Counted from the stretch's first letter, positions 47,263 through 62,439 are shown. The stretch is DNA of 64,000 nt from Entomortierella parvispora E1425 (GCA_020891255.1 BQFW01000011.1:1984001-2048000), one strand, 5' to 3'. Notes: generated by a model from the sequence alone, not told the origin. Numbers and translations are program-made.

Positions 47263-50200
47263 TTATACACGCGTCGAGACTCCGATGCGCATGCCGACCT
47301 TGACCAGCATCTCGATCTGCTCTTTGGATGATCGGACCAGATCCTCGTCAAACTGGATCGATTTGGGCTCAAAGAGCACCACGATGGTCGACCCTCCAAA
47401 GGCAAAGTAGCCATGCTCCTCCATGCGCTCAACCTGTTGCCCTCCCTGGGTGGTCAGCACGATAGAGCCCACCATCATGGCGCCAATGGCCACAAATGCA
47501 ACAGTTCCAAACTCGTTCGACTCGATGGTCGACACAACGCGCTTGTTCTCACCATAGACATCGAGATGGCTTCGAATGGCCATTGGGTTCACTGTGTAGT
47601 ACTCTCCATCGATGGCATGGGGCTCGGACAAGACTCCCTTCACCGGAATATGATATCTAATTTGACATTCAAAAAGAGTCGACATGGGTATGTGAGTATG
47701 AGATCATGAGTTGTTTCATTAATCCAGCAAGTGTATCCGTAATCTTTTCGTCATAAACTGGGCGGGTTACCTGTGGTAGTCCTGGGGCGCCAAACGGAAG
47801 ATGGCAAGACTGCCTCCCTCGTACTTTTTGGCCAAAGTCTCATCCGCAAGCAATCGACTCAGTGTGAACTGGCGTCCCTTGATCCAATACTGAGTCGCCT
47901 CCGAGATTGTTTGGAAACAGGTCATGCGGCAATCCGCCACACTGACAGCGATGCGATCATCGCCTGGAGACGCCAAAGTACGGGCATCGGACTTGAGTTT
48001 GCGGTAAAAGAATTCGTTGAAGTTTGCAAAGTTCTGAACAGGCTCCAATACCTCCAGCATCTGCGCTTCGAGTCCGTGGAATCGAATGAATGGCTCAATG
48101 TCGCGCGTGGAGCGAGGATCATCAAACTTGATGCCTTGTTTTCTCGACATGTCGGCCAAAATCTTGCCAACCTTGATCTTGTTGGCTGGGCTCTTGTAGA
48201 GCAGTCGAATTCCGAGGCGGATGAAGGTCGGCATCTTCTCTTCAGTCATAGCACCCGTAGCGCGATCTTGGACAATGATGTTTGCATTGCTCTATGGGGA
48301 TGATCAATATTAATTAATAAAGCTGGCCCGTCATACAATCCTCATCAACGTTTCACAGCGAGCTCATAATTACCCTGCCAGCAACGTAGCGGCCATATCC
48401 CAAACTCTTGACAACCTTGGTAATCCATTTGCGTTGAGCATTGGCCTCTGTTACAAAGTTACCGAGGATGAGCTTGTCCATGTTGAAGCCATCGTTGCCA
48501 GAACAGACTGCAATATGGGTGATAACATCTGTCTCCAATTTCTGTCCAAGGCTAGAGTCGTGGCAGAATGGGCAGGTCGAGATTCGGATAACATGCTCGC
48601 CTTCAGACGTGTGGGGATCAAAATCTGCTTCCGAAGGCTCAAGAATGTCTTGGGCTGGAGGACTTGATTCCGATGGGACCACGTTCCGGGTGAGATGTGC
48701 GTAAAGCTCTGAATCCTCCTCTGCTTCCTCTGCTTCTTCACGATCATCAACAGCTCCGCTAGGTTCCAGAGGATTTTGTTGAGAGCGTCTCTTGAACCAG
48801 TGCTTCTTGACTGCCGGTGCTTGTCTTTGATCAGGAGCACGGTCGTCCAATTTCACCTGTCGCTCAAGGCGCTCGATGAGCTCATCCAAAGTCAGTTCAT
48901 CGTGCTCGGGATCTTTGTTGAAGGGAGCAAAGAAACTATCCACAGTCTGACTCGACAGGGTGGATCCAAGACTCTCCAGCATGGTCTGGATCAAGACCTT
49001 ATTGTAATGACCGGATTGACCTTCTCCTTGGTATCCTTTGGCAAGACCCTGCCAGAAACGTCTCCTCAGGGCCGTGTACGGAACAAACTTGGCCCGAATA
49101 CTGAGCGACGATTCTTCAACAGCCACCTTAACAGTGGGAGCGATAGTAATGTTGAGGTTGTAGCTTCTCATCTCATCCGCATCCAGTTCAGCTGCCTCGC
49201 CCTGCGAATTGCTGCTTTGGATGAGACTGTTGATATCCATGAACGCCATTCCGACATGATCGTTTCCACTCATCTTGTCCCAGTCATGAACAGAGTACCT
49301 GATCTTGAAGGCCTCCTCGCCGTGGTGGACTCTAAACATGAGCTTGGCCTTCCAAATAGGATTGAGATTATGGCGGATGACCTTGGTTCTGAAGATGTAC
49401 TTTCCAAACGAGACCACCACGAACGGATCCATGTCAAATCCTGTTCTGGTCACATTGTGCATGCGCGGCAAGTTGGCAGCCGAAACCACTTCCAAGAAGA
49501 CGATTCCATGCAAATGGTTGACTCCATTGGGTGTTGAAGGAGCTGATGGAGGGGGGGAAGAGGAGAATGCATCTTGTCGAAGGTTGCCAGCTGGATCCTG
49601 GACGGCCAGCGGAATATCAGCCAAGGAGATGGTGGTGTTCTTGTCCAAGCCTTGAACTTGCCTCTGGCCCAGACCCAGCCTGTTTCTGCTGCTCAAAAGT
49701 GTAGACCAAATCGATTGGCAGTCCTGGCGCGAGGTCGGGCTGTGAGGAGCAAGGGTGGTGTCGATAATACCAAACTTGATCTCCACTATGTCGGACAAAC
49801 AACGAGTTGAGTTAGAAGGTACGGCAATGATGACGAATAGTGCAGTGTGCTGGGTTGTGAGTGGAGCCGGCGGGGTCTCTTTACCTTCGCCGCTAATGTT
49901 GGTAGACCTGCCCGGTAGCGTGGTGAGTGTGTACCATCGCGCCTGTATGAGGTAAAACAAGGTATTGTAGTTAGACAGAGAGCACTGCCCGCTAAGCCCA
50001 TTCAAGAAGCAATGACTTTATCCCCGGTTGCAAACGAAACAAAGACACAGTAGAAAGAGAAAACAAAGAAGCACATGCCTCGTTTGCAGGGTCGTCAAAG
50101 TGTTTCGGAGTAGCATCGGCCCAGAGCATGGTCTCGTCAAAAGCAAGATCAACGGCGCCCATAAAGTCGTCCTTGCCAATCCAGTCCTTGTCCCAGAACA

Positions 50201-50591
50201 TCAGGCCGACCTTCTCGGGCACGGTCTGGCTCTCGAGCACAAAGTCAAAGGACTCGTTCCAGACCGGATTTAAGCACTTTGAGATGACCTTTGTGGTGAA
50301 CTTGTTGCCGCCAATAGAAAGCTTGACATACGGGTCCGAGGAACCGCTCTATTGGGCGTGAGACGATATTTCAGGAACAACCCTTGTTAGCACGTTTGCT
50401 CTTGCCGCTCTTGCCGCTCATTCAGCCTGTTGCTTGCTTTGGCATGGAGTTGTTACCCTGTCCTTGATGGCTAGGTCTTTTGCACGGGAGATGTGAATGC
50501 GCATCCTGAGCGAGGGTTCATGCTCGTCTGGGAATGAAGCCTGGTCTGCAGGAGCCTCTGCGCTTTGGGGGAGTGAGGTTCGAGCGAGCAT
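47263..50591 (-). CDS. PSD2: Phosphatidylserine decarboxylase 2 (two C2 domains, EF-hand-like region, PSD domain)
   Basis: C2 motifs SDPYVKL..LNPVWNE..WDKD and MDPFVVV..LNPIWK..DWDK; FNEFFYRKLK, FRLAPQDYHR, AIGAMMVGSI, GYFAFGGSTIV autocleavage motif. Confidence 0.95.
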
Positions 50592-50908
50592 TGTGTGCAA
50601 GGGAGAAGAGAAGGCGGGAAGGAAGGAGGGAGGGAAAGAGAAAGGGTGGAAGGGAGAAAGGATTCAACGTCGTTGAAGAATGAGAAGAAAGGGAATGGAA
50701 CGACAAAGGAAGGAAAGAAAGATGGAGGCTAGCGGTCCTTCCTTTTGACCTTCATTTTTTTTTTTTTTTTTTTGTATTGCGCCTTCTTCTTTCTGGCCTG
50801 GCTCTCTCTTGTTCTTTCCTTCTTGGTTGCCTCGCCGTTCAATCCGTCTCCTCTCCCCACATGCATTGGCGCACCAGCCTCTGTTGCTCCAAGCATGGTT
50901 GGCCGTGA

Positions 50909-53707
50909 CTACAGCAGTGGAGACCGCGCTGCGATTGCTCTCGCTGCTCCCTGTTTGGACCACATTGTCCTCGTGCGACAGAAATCCTGCTCTCCTCCGC
51001 CCTTTTCGTCCCTGTTGAAGTTGTCCCCAGGCACAGTCGAGGACAGCCAAAGTGCGCCCAGTCCTCGCTGACTCGCCTCCTCGATTCCAGCCCAACGGAC
51101 AACCTCCTCCTTTTTCTTGGCTATGGTCCCACTTTCCCTGCCAGATGACAGATCCCCGCCCTGTCCTTTCTTTCTCGTAGCCAGGTTCTCCAAAAGTCGG
51201 GCTGTGGCCTCGAATGCTGCTCGCTCCCTGCTCACTGCGTCAATTTCATCCCCGCTATTCTTCCCGGGATATGCAGAATCGTCACGATGATCGTACTCGT
51301 GGCGCTGGGGCTGTAGTTTTGGAGGCGTTGTCTTTCGCCGCGGCGGCACCGGCGCAAATCGCCCATGCCACTCTGCCATCCAACGATGGTATAGCTTTTG
51401 TTCTTTGATCTGAACCTCATCTGTCAAGAATTCGGCTGCCTCTACATTCTGCTCTGCCAAGAGGATGACAAAGGTGTGCGCCAAATCCTGCTTGTCTTTG
51501 GATGCGTCTTGGCCACCCAGCTCCGAGGGACAAAATACATCCGGCAAACTAAACAAATGAATGAGAGGGTACGCCGACGATCGAGCCATGGACTGCAATT
51601 TGTTGCTGCTTGTTGGAAATGATTCTAGGTCCATCTCTGAATGGGTCGCAAGTTCCTTGCAATGGCTCGCTTTCCATCGAGTCACTGCCGAGATACCAAC
51701 TCCCCGCTGTTGTTCAGTGGCTATGAGAAGGTCATCCAATGAAAAGTCAAATTGGTGCATAGAGACAACTTCCCGCTGATCTTGTCCTTCATGTGCTGTG
51801 ATGTGGCAGGTATCATTGGGGTGCAGGGTTCCTGGACTATCGGTCTCTGCTTGCTCGTCCACCTCAGTGTCGCCTGTTTCAAAATCCAGTTCTTGTGGTG
51901 TGCCATACGGGACCGACATACCATCAGGAATACCTTGCACGAATTCCCTTTCCAACTCCACCAAGTTGCCCGCTGTTGTTTCCGAGATTGATATCTTTTC
52001 CATAGTGTCGAGGTCCATGGCGAACGCAGGAGCTGGATCATGAAGGTTCGAATGTGGCAGTCGCAGAATCTGAAATTTGTCCCATACTGTTGCCAAAAAC
52101 TTTGCAAGTACGACCATAAGGCGTCTCTGCTGCGGAGGAGATAGTCTGCCCCAAACCTCAGGAAGCACCATGTGGTTCTCAGTCCAATATCGAAGACCGT
52201 CTGAAGTAGACTCTGGATCAAGCTCGTCGATAATGAAATCAAGGTCATACATGTTCTCGAGATCGCTGCGCGCCACTTCATCCCGCATGAAGATGACATC
52301 GGGGTTCGTGATTGACCAACTTCTCGAGCATGAGAGGCGTATCATGATCGATTGTCCTCTGTCCTCCTCAAAGTTGCAATATCTGTTCAAATTTGCCATG
52401 CCATCGAATTGTCCAAGTCCAAGGTCCTGGTCTTGATGAGGCGTCCAGACGTCTCGAACGCAAGTTGACATATCAAAATACTCCATGTCACCCCGCGAGT
52501 TCACCGCTGGCGTAACAAGACGTAATGGTTGCCATATATCCGAGTGCGAATCAACGTCCTGCAAGGTGTCAGAGAAGACTCCATTCTTGTCAAACCAGTC
52601 AGTCGTTGATGACATTCGTCCAGAATAATCATGACCTCGCTGTTCTTGGAGCACTAACCAACGCTCGTACCGGCGTCGGAGAAGAGCTGGCTGGAACTGC
52701 TCCCATGAGCTGTTTTCATCTCCCCACTTGATGTCAAGAGAGAGAGGGACGTTTCCAGAGGTTGGCGTAGATTCGCGACGCGCCTGATCGCCTGTCCAAG
52801 CGTGGTTGACGCCACCAAATTGTTCTGTGCTGCGTAGATCCTGGATTGACATCCACTCTTGTCCGAGTGGACATCGAGAGGGATCCCTAGATTCTGAAAT
52901 CTGGTCCTGCTTTGTAGAATGGACGTCCACTGCCATGAGCCTGGCCTCAAGATTCATAGCCATGTTCTTTGTAGAAATACTCTTGGTTCTCTCGTTCTCA
53001 ATCAAGTCCGAGAGGTAGGACTGTTCTGACGACTCTGAGATATCTCGAAAGTTACCCGGAACTCCACAATAGCCCTCCAGGTAGGCGCTAAAGGACTCGC
53101 GAGCTGCCATTTCGCGCCTTGTCCGTGATATCAGTTGATGGAGCCTTTGTCCCAAGATCATGACTTGCTTGTCGGCTTCCTGCACCTGATGTGTCGCCAC
53201 AAGGAGTCGTCGAAGTAGTTCTGATGTCTGTAGATGAGGGGATTCTGATAGCCCCAACATTTCTTCGAGCAAGAGCGTGTTTTCCAATGTAATCCTTGCA
53301 TTCATGAAGCGCCTTTGCCGCGGGAGGAGGGGGTCGATATTTCCTCGTACCCTAAAGTCGAAATCGTGGTGATGGGTCACAAAGGGAAGCGATGCCATCA
53401 CGCAAATCATTCTGCTAGTTCCCGTGTATTCAGGAAGCAATGCCATACATGATGGGAGAGGAGTCGGAAATGGAGTCGGCATGATGTGTGTAGGGAGAGA
53501 GTGGAAGCGGTCCTGGACATGAGAAAGTATGTTGATCGTCGCGAGAGTTTGCACCGCTGTAGAAACAAAACAGAGTGGGTAGATGCGTCCCTGATACTCA
53601 ACGCCCAATCTCTCCGCTGACTCTGAGAGAGAAAGAGAGAGCCAACGCGCTAGAACTTCACGAGGCAAGTCCACTGTTTCCACAATCGACTCTCCATGGT
53701 ATTCCAT
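50909..53707 (-). CDS. Large uncharacterised protein (at least 932 aa) with a coiled coil and a possible degenerate APH/kinase-like domain; 5' exons unresolved
   Basis: Uninterrupted 2.8-kb ORF; in-frame acceptor near 53765 and a possible upstream exon EIIVADCELEELFPG|GTAAAA. Confidence 0.7.
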   Translation of the reverse strand: MEYHGESIVETVDLPREVLARWLSLSLSESAERLGVEYQGRIYPLCFVSTAVQTLATINILSHVQDRFHSLPTHIMPTPFPTPLPSCMALLPEYTGTSRMICVMASLPFVTHHHDFDFRVRGNIDPLLPRQRRFMNARITLENTLLLEEMLGLSESPHLQTSELLRRLLVATHQVQEADKQVMILGQRLHQLISRTRREMAARESFSAYLEGYCGVPGNFRDISESSEQSYLSDLIENERTKSISTKNMAMNLEARLMAVDVHSTKQDQISESRDPSRCPLGQEWMSIQDLRSTEQFGGVNHAWTGDQARRESTPTSGNVPLSLDIKWGDENSSWEQFQPALLRRRYERWLVLQEQRGHDYSGRMSSTTDWFDKNGVFSDTLQDVDSHSDIWQPLRLVTPAVNSRGDMEYFDMSTCVRDVWTPHQDQDLGLGQFDGMANLNRYCNFEEDRGQSIMIRLSCSRSWSITNPDVIFMRDEVARSDLENMYDLDFIIDELDPESTSDGLRYWTENHMVLPEVWGRLSPPQQRRLMVVLAKFLATVWDKFQILRLPHSNLHDPAPAFAMDLDTMEKISISETTAGNLVELEREFVQGIPDGMSVPYGTPQELDFETGDTEVDEQAETDSPGTLHPNDTCHITAHEGQDQREVVSMHQFDFSLDDLLIATEQQRGVGISAVTRWKASHCKELATHSEMDLESFPTSSNKLQSMARSSAYPLIHLFSLPDVFCPSELGGQDASKDKQDLAHTFVILLAEQNVEAAEFLTDEVQIKEQKLYHRWMAEWHGRFAPVPPRRKTTPPKLQPQRHEYDHRDDSAYPGKNSGDEIDAVSRERAAFEATARLLENLATRKKGQGGDLSSGRESGTIAKKKEEVVRWAGIEEASQRGLGALWLSSTVPGDNFNRDEKGGGEQDFCRTRTMWSKQGAARAIAARSPLL

Positions 53708-54139
53708 CTCCCAGCATGTTCGTGAGGGGTGGTGGTTGTCGCCAGATCCTTCCCGGAGAAGATCTAAAGCAAGCAGGCGTTCCTGTTAGTTCGAGAACAA
53801 GGATGACTGCAGGAGGCACGAGCGATAGAGTTTTACCAGGAAAAAGCTCTTCCAGCTCGCAGTCTGCAACGATAATTTCTAAAGAACAGGGGACCATAAG
53901 TATGAAGTATGGAGTGGCGCACTTTGTAGACGATGTCCAAGCGAGGTCCCTTCTCACCATCCATAGCGTGCTTCGAGCAAGTAGAGGTAGAGGGTAGTGG
54001 CTGTGAAGAGTGGTTGTCCTGGTTGAAGGAGAAGGGTGTTTGTCCAGGGTTTCGTGCTGCTTCATTTTGCCACGTGACACCCTCTTGATGCGTTGATTCG
54101 CGAGCTGCATTTCGGGTTTGTTCCATCACTGCTTCATCA

Positions 54140-54823
54140 ATGTCATTCTGGCGCAACAAGGACTACAGTTCATACCCTCAACCCGTTGTCGTCAACCCAG
54201 ACAGGCGCGAAGGAGACGATTCCACTACTCATGATGTGACAGGACAAGTTTTTTCCTCACCGAACGTAGGTTCTCGTTCAGTAGGTGAAACAGCACCTTC
54301 AACTTCACTCAACTCAGGTCCAGCGACAGAGGTCAACACAGCCAAAAACAGTGGAGATATGCCCCAAGAACGGCAGGATGTACAGCAGGCAGACAACCAA
54401 AGCACACATACCCACACCCATGACTCAAATAGGATACCACAACAACAAGATACCACGAGACTTGCGGACGGTATCATGTCGCTTCTAGGACCAGTTGTGC
54501 AGGAAATGGATTTCAACATTGTGAGTGTCCGCAAAAGTCAAACAGAGCTCGAAAAGGAGATTGAGCGACTCATGGCCGGTATGTATCAAAGAGGACTGTA
54601 AGCAAATGCGTTTTTTTTTCTGCTGTGGATGGCCCACTGATGAATGTATTTTATTCTAATAGAACTACAGCTTTTTATGGCATCTTCTGCCTGTCCGCCC
54701 GAGGTAGAACCTGCGGTTCAAAAACTGGTCAAGGCAAGGAGGCAAATCATGTCTGCCAATTCGACTCTAAAATCAGTGCAGGATCGTGTAGACAGGATGC
54801 AGACACGTTTAGAAAAGAAATAA
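54140..54823 (+). CDS. SNAPIN: SNAPIN / BLOC-1 subunit, 2 exons (start may be the later ATG near 54360)
   Basis: LADGIMSLLGPVVQEMDFNIVSVRKSQTELEKEIERLMA|ELQ..PAVQKLVKARRQIMSANSTLKSVQDRVDRM resembles the Snapin helices as I recall them. Confidence 0.85.
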
Positions 54824-54862
54824 AAACAAGTTGCAGGAACTCGAATTTTATTCAGTGATCAA

Positions 54863-55112
54863 CTAATTTGAGCTCTTTTCGCTCTGGTTGGGGTGGGGGG
54901 AGGCGTCCTTCCATTCTGCATTCTTGGCAGCCTCCTTCATTTTTTCCATGAACTCGTCCTTCAGGCAATATTGCGTGTTGATCCGAGAGAGAATTGCATT
55001 CTCATGGGTGCCAAGGACGGAGGTTTTGGACTATTATCATCAACAAATTGTCAGAAGAGAGGAGGACAGGAATGATTTGTGTAGATGACCTCCCATGATG
55101 CAGCGCTCCACA

Positions 55113-55151
<39 letters not shown>

Positions 55152-55868
55152 AAATACCTCGTCCTTGTAGATGGTGAGTTTTACAGGGTGAAGTCCACAG
55201 GTCAATGTCTCCAGCCGAGGCGAAAGGACGTAGAATCGACGGTTTGACCTGAACATAACGCGAGGAATAAAAGTCTTGTTAGGACTGAGACTGCACATAT
55301 ATCAATCGAGTGGTCATCAAGAAGTGAGTGTTACCATGGAGACTCCCCGTCTTGAGCTTGGAGTTCTATGGCCGCTACTTTGAGCGGTTTCGCGAAGTCC
55401 GCAGGGTTGTGTAGTTCAGCTTCAATTACGGCATTCTTAGGAATATCCCTCCGCGCCTCTACCAGCCACGAATAGCTACAGAAGAGAGCAAAAAGGGAGT
55501 AAGTTGACTTCAGTCCAAGATAGTAGAAGATCAGAACTGTGCACCACCGTGGCGGCCTTACTGCGCGTAGAGTGTCTAGAGGGTAAGATGCGGAGGCAGC
55601 AGAAGCGTATCAATACAAAGACACCATACGCAAGAAGCTGAGGGTTCTTATATGCATACCTGATATTTCGTGTTTACGGCAAAGCTTGCTGCAATATCCT
55701 CCTGTAAAATGGCAACAACAATGATAACAACAACGGACGGGTCAGGAAAAAACAAAAACAAGCGTCAACAGTGAAAGTCGTGTCAGTAAAGCTTACAAAG
55801 TACTTTGTCTTCTTGAATTGCGGCTCCTTTGGCTGATTAGTGCTATTACAACCACAGGAAAAGGACAT
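54863..55868 (-). CDS. Uncharacterised protein of about 175 aa, 6 exons including a 14-nt microexon
   Basis: Phase-consistent model: MSFSCGCN..KTKYF|EDIAASFAVNTKYQ|TLYAH|YSWLVEARR..ESPW|SNRRFYV..YKDE|SKTSVLG..KSSN*. Confidence 0.75.
55115..55147. repeat. (AC)n microsatellite in an intron
   Basis: About 16 AC units read directly. Confidence 0.9.
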
Positions 55869-56107
55869 TATGAGTAATCTGTGAAGTGATTATGAGAGGA
55901 AATGCCATGAACCACCCATGCATGTGGGCATGACTGAAAAATCCATGTTGATGGACGGCGTACGTGATTTGCGGGCCTCTCAGGATGCCCTGCCTGCGGG
56001 GCAAATTCACGTACATGATGCCAACTGCAGGGACACGATCCCATGCTGCTCATTGCATGGGAACTGGATCTCTGTTCTTGACACACAACCACGCCGATTG
56101 AAATCGA

Positions 56108-58914
56108 ATGGACGCTGCACAGGACATCGCTGCCGTAAGCCCTGCCGCCAAGTCTGGTGCGTACTTGATCATGGACAAACACCTGTTCAAAAATGCCCCC
56201 TTCACTCACATGCACTTCTGTTTCCTAGGTGCTACTGAACGCGACAACGAGAGCAATGACAAAGGCAATGCCTCCATTTGCGATGCACCAGCACTCACAA
56301 CCACAGACCCGAGTTTGAAAGAGTCATGGAATAAGAACTGGGCCACTGTAAAGTCTACTCCCACAGATTTCGACTCTTGGGAAGAGCTTTTACGTATGAT
56401 TGACGGCCAGGATGGAGGCTATGGACCCGAGGCCCCAGCATCGAATGTTGTCACGATGAGAACGGTGTATGACGCGTTTCTCGGACAATTTCCCCTCTGT
56501 TTTGGATATTGGAAAAAGTACTCGGATCTCGAGTTTATGTCCAGCGGCGCACAGGGCGCAGTTGAGGTAAGTCTTGACACTGGTGCCTTACATCCCTTTG
56601 ATCAATCGAACGTATATTGATTCGACCCAATGGCTCAATAGATCTTTGAAAGAGGAGTGAAAAGCATATCGTCATCTGTTGACCTCTGGGTTCACTATTG
56701 CTCCTTTATTATGGAGCACAAGCGGGATGACCACGGAGCGATTGAACAGTGAGTGTTGGTTTATTTTGCATTTCTCCTCTTTATCTCGCGGAAAACTGGA
56801 CTTTTCCTCATACTCCCATCAGTCTGCATTCTTGATGCTCGAGAAACAATGGATCTCTATCATTGAGGCAACCTCTGCAGCTACGTCTGGTACCACAACC
56901 GCCCAAAATCAGAAAGAACGGCCGCGAACTACAGGACTCTTAGGAGGCAAAAAAGGGCTCATCAGGCGAAAGTGGATAAACTTCTGCATTCTCAGTGACT
57001 TCAGGGCGCCTTCGTAAACTTTGCTTTCCAGCCACGTCTTTCTGAAAAAAGTTGTCGACCTGCTTAACTAACCTCTTCAGCTATCTTATTCTAGGATTCT
57101 TGAACGAGGAGCAGCGACTGTGGGAATGGATTTTATGCCACACGTCTTTTGGGACAAATACCTGGAATATTATGAGCAGAAAGGGGATCATGTCCGATTA
57201 TTCACGGTTATGGGCCGTATTATCACTATCCCCATGCACCAATACGCTCGGTTTTATCAACAGTAAGCGCCCTTCTTCAAAGTATGGTCATCTCCACGTC
57301 CAAGCTAACATATACTCCGTTTTTTTTGTGACTAGATACACTCATCTCTTGGGTTCTCGACCCCTGAAAGACCTCCTTTCTACCGAGGATTATTCAAAGC
57401 ACGAGGAGCAGTTGAAAGAGAGGAGTGCAGACGGACAGGAACATCCTCAAATGTCCAAAGAACAGCTTGAGCAGGAGATGAGGCAATTACTCTTAAATTC
57501 CAGCGCCTTGATCTATGCAAAAACAGCGGAAGAGACGAACAAGAGGTGGCCATTCGAGGCTGAAATCAAACGACCCTACTTTCACGTCAAACCAATTGAT
57601 CCAGCACAGCTGCTGAACTGGCGTCGTTATCTGGATTTCGAGGAGACAGAAGGAAATGTTGAAAGGATCCGTCTGCTCTACGAACGATGCCTTGTTTCAT
57701 GTGTATGTCCCTATCTCTGATCAGTGATTTGATTCGCCTTTTGCATCTTCACATTAACATTCGGTCTGAATTTCCGGTTAGGCACTATACGAGGAGTTTT
57801 GGTTGAGATACGCAGCTTGGACTCGCTCACAAGGAAGACTCGAGGATTTAAACGGCATTTACATCCGCGCCACTCTAATGGTACCCCCTACAAATCCTTC
57901 CGTTCGATTTGCACTGGCCATGTTGCAAGAAGAGCGGGGAGAGACCGACCTTGCTCGCCAGCAGTACCAGGCAATTCTTCAAAGCTGTAAGTTCTGAACC
58001 GGCTATAATCTAGCGCATGTTTGTATGAATGCATGCTAACAAGGTTGTCCCTCCCTTTCCTACAGTGCCCGGGCATATCGAGGCTATCGTTCGGTTCGCC
58101 AACTTTGAGAGACGCTCTAATCCACAGGGTGTTGCTGCTGCCGAAGTCGTGTACGCATCCCAAATCGGATTGGATACTATTGATGAGCTGGCACAAACCA
58201 CCATTGTAACAATGTACGCCAAATTCCTTTGGCAATGCAAGAAGGATGTGGATGCCGCCCGTGCCATCTTCAAGACTGGCGAAGGAAAGTTCCATAGCCG
58301 TTTCTATTTCTCAAATTATCTCAAGTTTGAAATGGATCAGCCAGGTAAGAGTTACACAATAGACTGCTTAGTCGATACTGCAATGTCACTCACTTCTGGC
58401 CCATGGTTGTTTTTAGGGGAGGATTACGAGGCGCGGGTATGCGACGTATTTGAGCAGATTCGACTGTCAGGACTGCCTGAGAATATCAAGAACGATTACA
58501 ACCAAAACTATCTTGATTTTCTTATGGAGTTTGGATCATCGGCTGCAAAGTACAACGAGTTGGAGGCACAGTTACGACCAGTACCAGTCGTTGTGGGAGA
58601 GTCGTCCCGAAAGAGAGCGGCGGCTGTCGAGCCTAATGAATACCCAGAGAAGATCCACCGACCAGAGGAAGCAGTTGCTGGATTAGAAGTGCCTACAGGA
58701 GCGTCAGCGGTAGCAATTACGCCTGATTCTCAGCACTGGCCATATTCGCAGCATTCACAGACATCCTACGGATATGCCCCCTCGGTAAGAACACGGACAC
58801 AGGCTGTATGGGGGACTCGATGCTGAACGTACGCGCGTCACTGACCATTGTCCTTGTTCTCGTCCACAGGGTGGTCATCCGTACGCTGCGCCCAATGGTA
58901 CCCAGTGGAGCTGA
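56108..58914 (+). CDS. PRP39: Pre-mRNA processing factor 39 (U1 snRNP HAT-repeat protein), multi-exon
   Basis: YDAFLGQFPLCFGYWKKYSDLE, SVDLWVHYC, PHVFWDKYLEY, RWPFEAEIKRPYFHVKP..LLNWRRYLDFEE, LYERCLVSC|ALYEEFWLRY. Confidence 0.93.
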
Positions 58915-59728
58915 GCGTGGAGTCAAGGAGACACGGAGAGGAGACGGAAAGAAAATGAAATCTTGCGCGCGGCGGTTGAGGTAGGCGCACATGGACCATA
59001 AAACCAGAATTGATGGGACCGACGCTTCCATGGGCCAACTGCGGTCCTGGCGCCCTCCCTTCCCCGGGAGGCGGGGCTGTCGATCGTTTCGTCGGCGGAG
59101 GTGGAGCGCAAAAGAGCGACGGGCTGAAATAAAGAGGGTTTTTTTCCTTTTTTCCTTCTTTTCCCTGTTCCTTTTCTGTCTTATCACACGGGACGCGTTG
59201 TGGCGTCTTGGGATGTCACCTTCCTTTCTTTCTCTCTCATTCTCATTCGTCATCCCTCTCCTCTCTTTCTCTGTGTCCCTCTGCTTTCCTTTCCTTTCCT
59301 TTCCTTTGCGTCCATTCAATCATCCATCTCTTTCGACTCTTCTCGCCTTGCCACGCACTCATCCATCGCTCATTCCCGGGAACAGGCTCCTTGCTTGCCC
59401 CACTCCCGCTGTTTCCACTATCCCTTATTGACGCTAGTTCGCACTTTTATCCCGTGTTCACCAGCGCTGTTCTATTCATATTGGTTTTGGCAGTAGTCGC
59501 ACTACCCTTCCCTTGAGCCTTCCTTCCTTCCTTCCGTCCTTCCTTCTTTCATATCGCCGCCCCTTCCACCCCTCCACCCCGGTTCACTCACTCCAGCGTC
59601 GGCCAACTCGTGCTTCCCGCCTCCGCCCCTCGCCCTCGCCTGTTCCTTCTCGCGCGGGTGCGCGCCATTTGTCGGTTCTTTCATCTCTTCCTTCCTTCTT
59701 TCCTTCTTCCACCTCTCATTCCACGCCA

Positions 59729-59767
<39 letters not shown>

Positions 59768-59830
59768 CGCCCTTTCTGCCCGTCTCTCTTACTTTTCTGT
59801 ACCCGAAAGTTTTGCTCCCTTCCATCAATC

Positions 59831-62374
<2,544 letters not shown>

Positions 62375-62439
62375 AGTCTGAGACGTATTTTTTTTCTTTC
62401 TATTTTTTCCCCTTGGTTTATTCGAAATAAATAAGCGAA

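Noticed and set aside
59513-59830. N-terminal extension of the SAP-domain ORF shown in the track
   Set aside because: It begins at a non-ATG codon and translates CTTC/TCTG microsatellites; ATG 59831 is the credible start.
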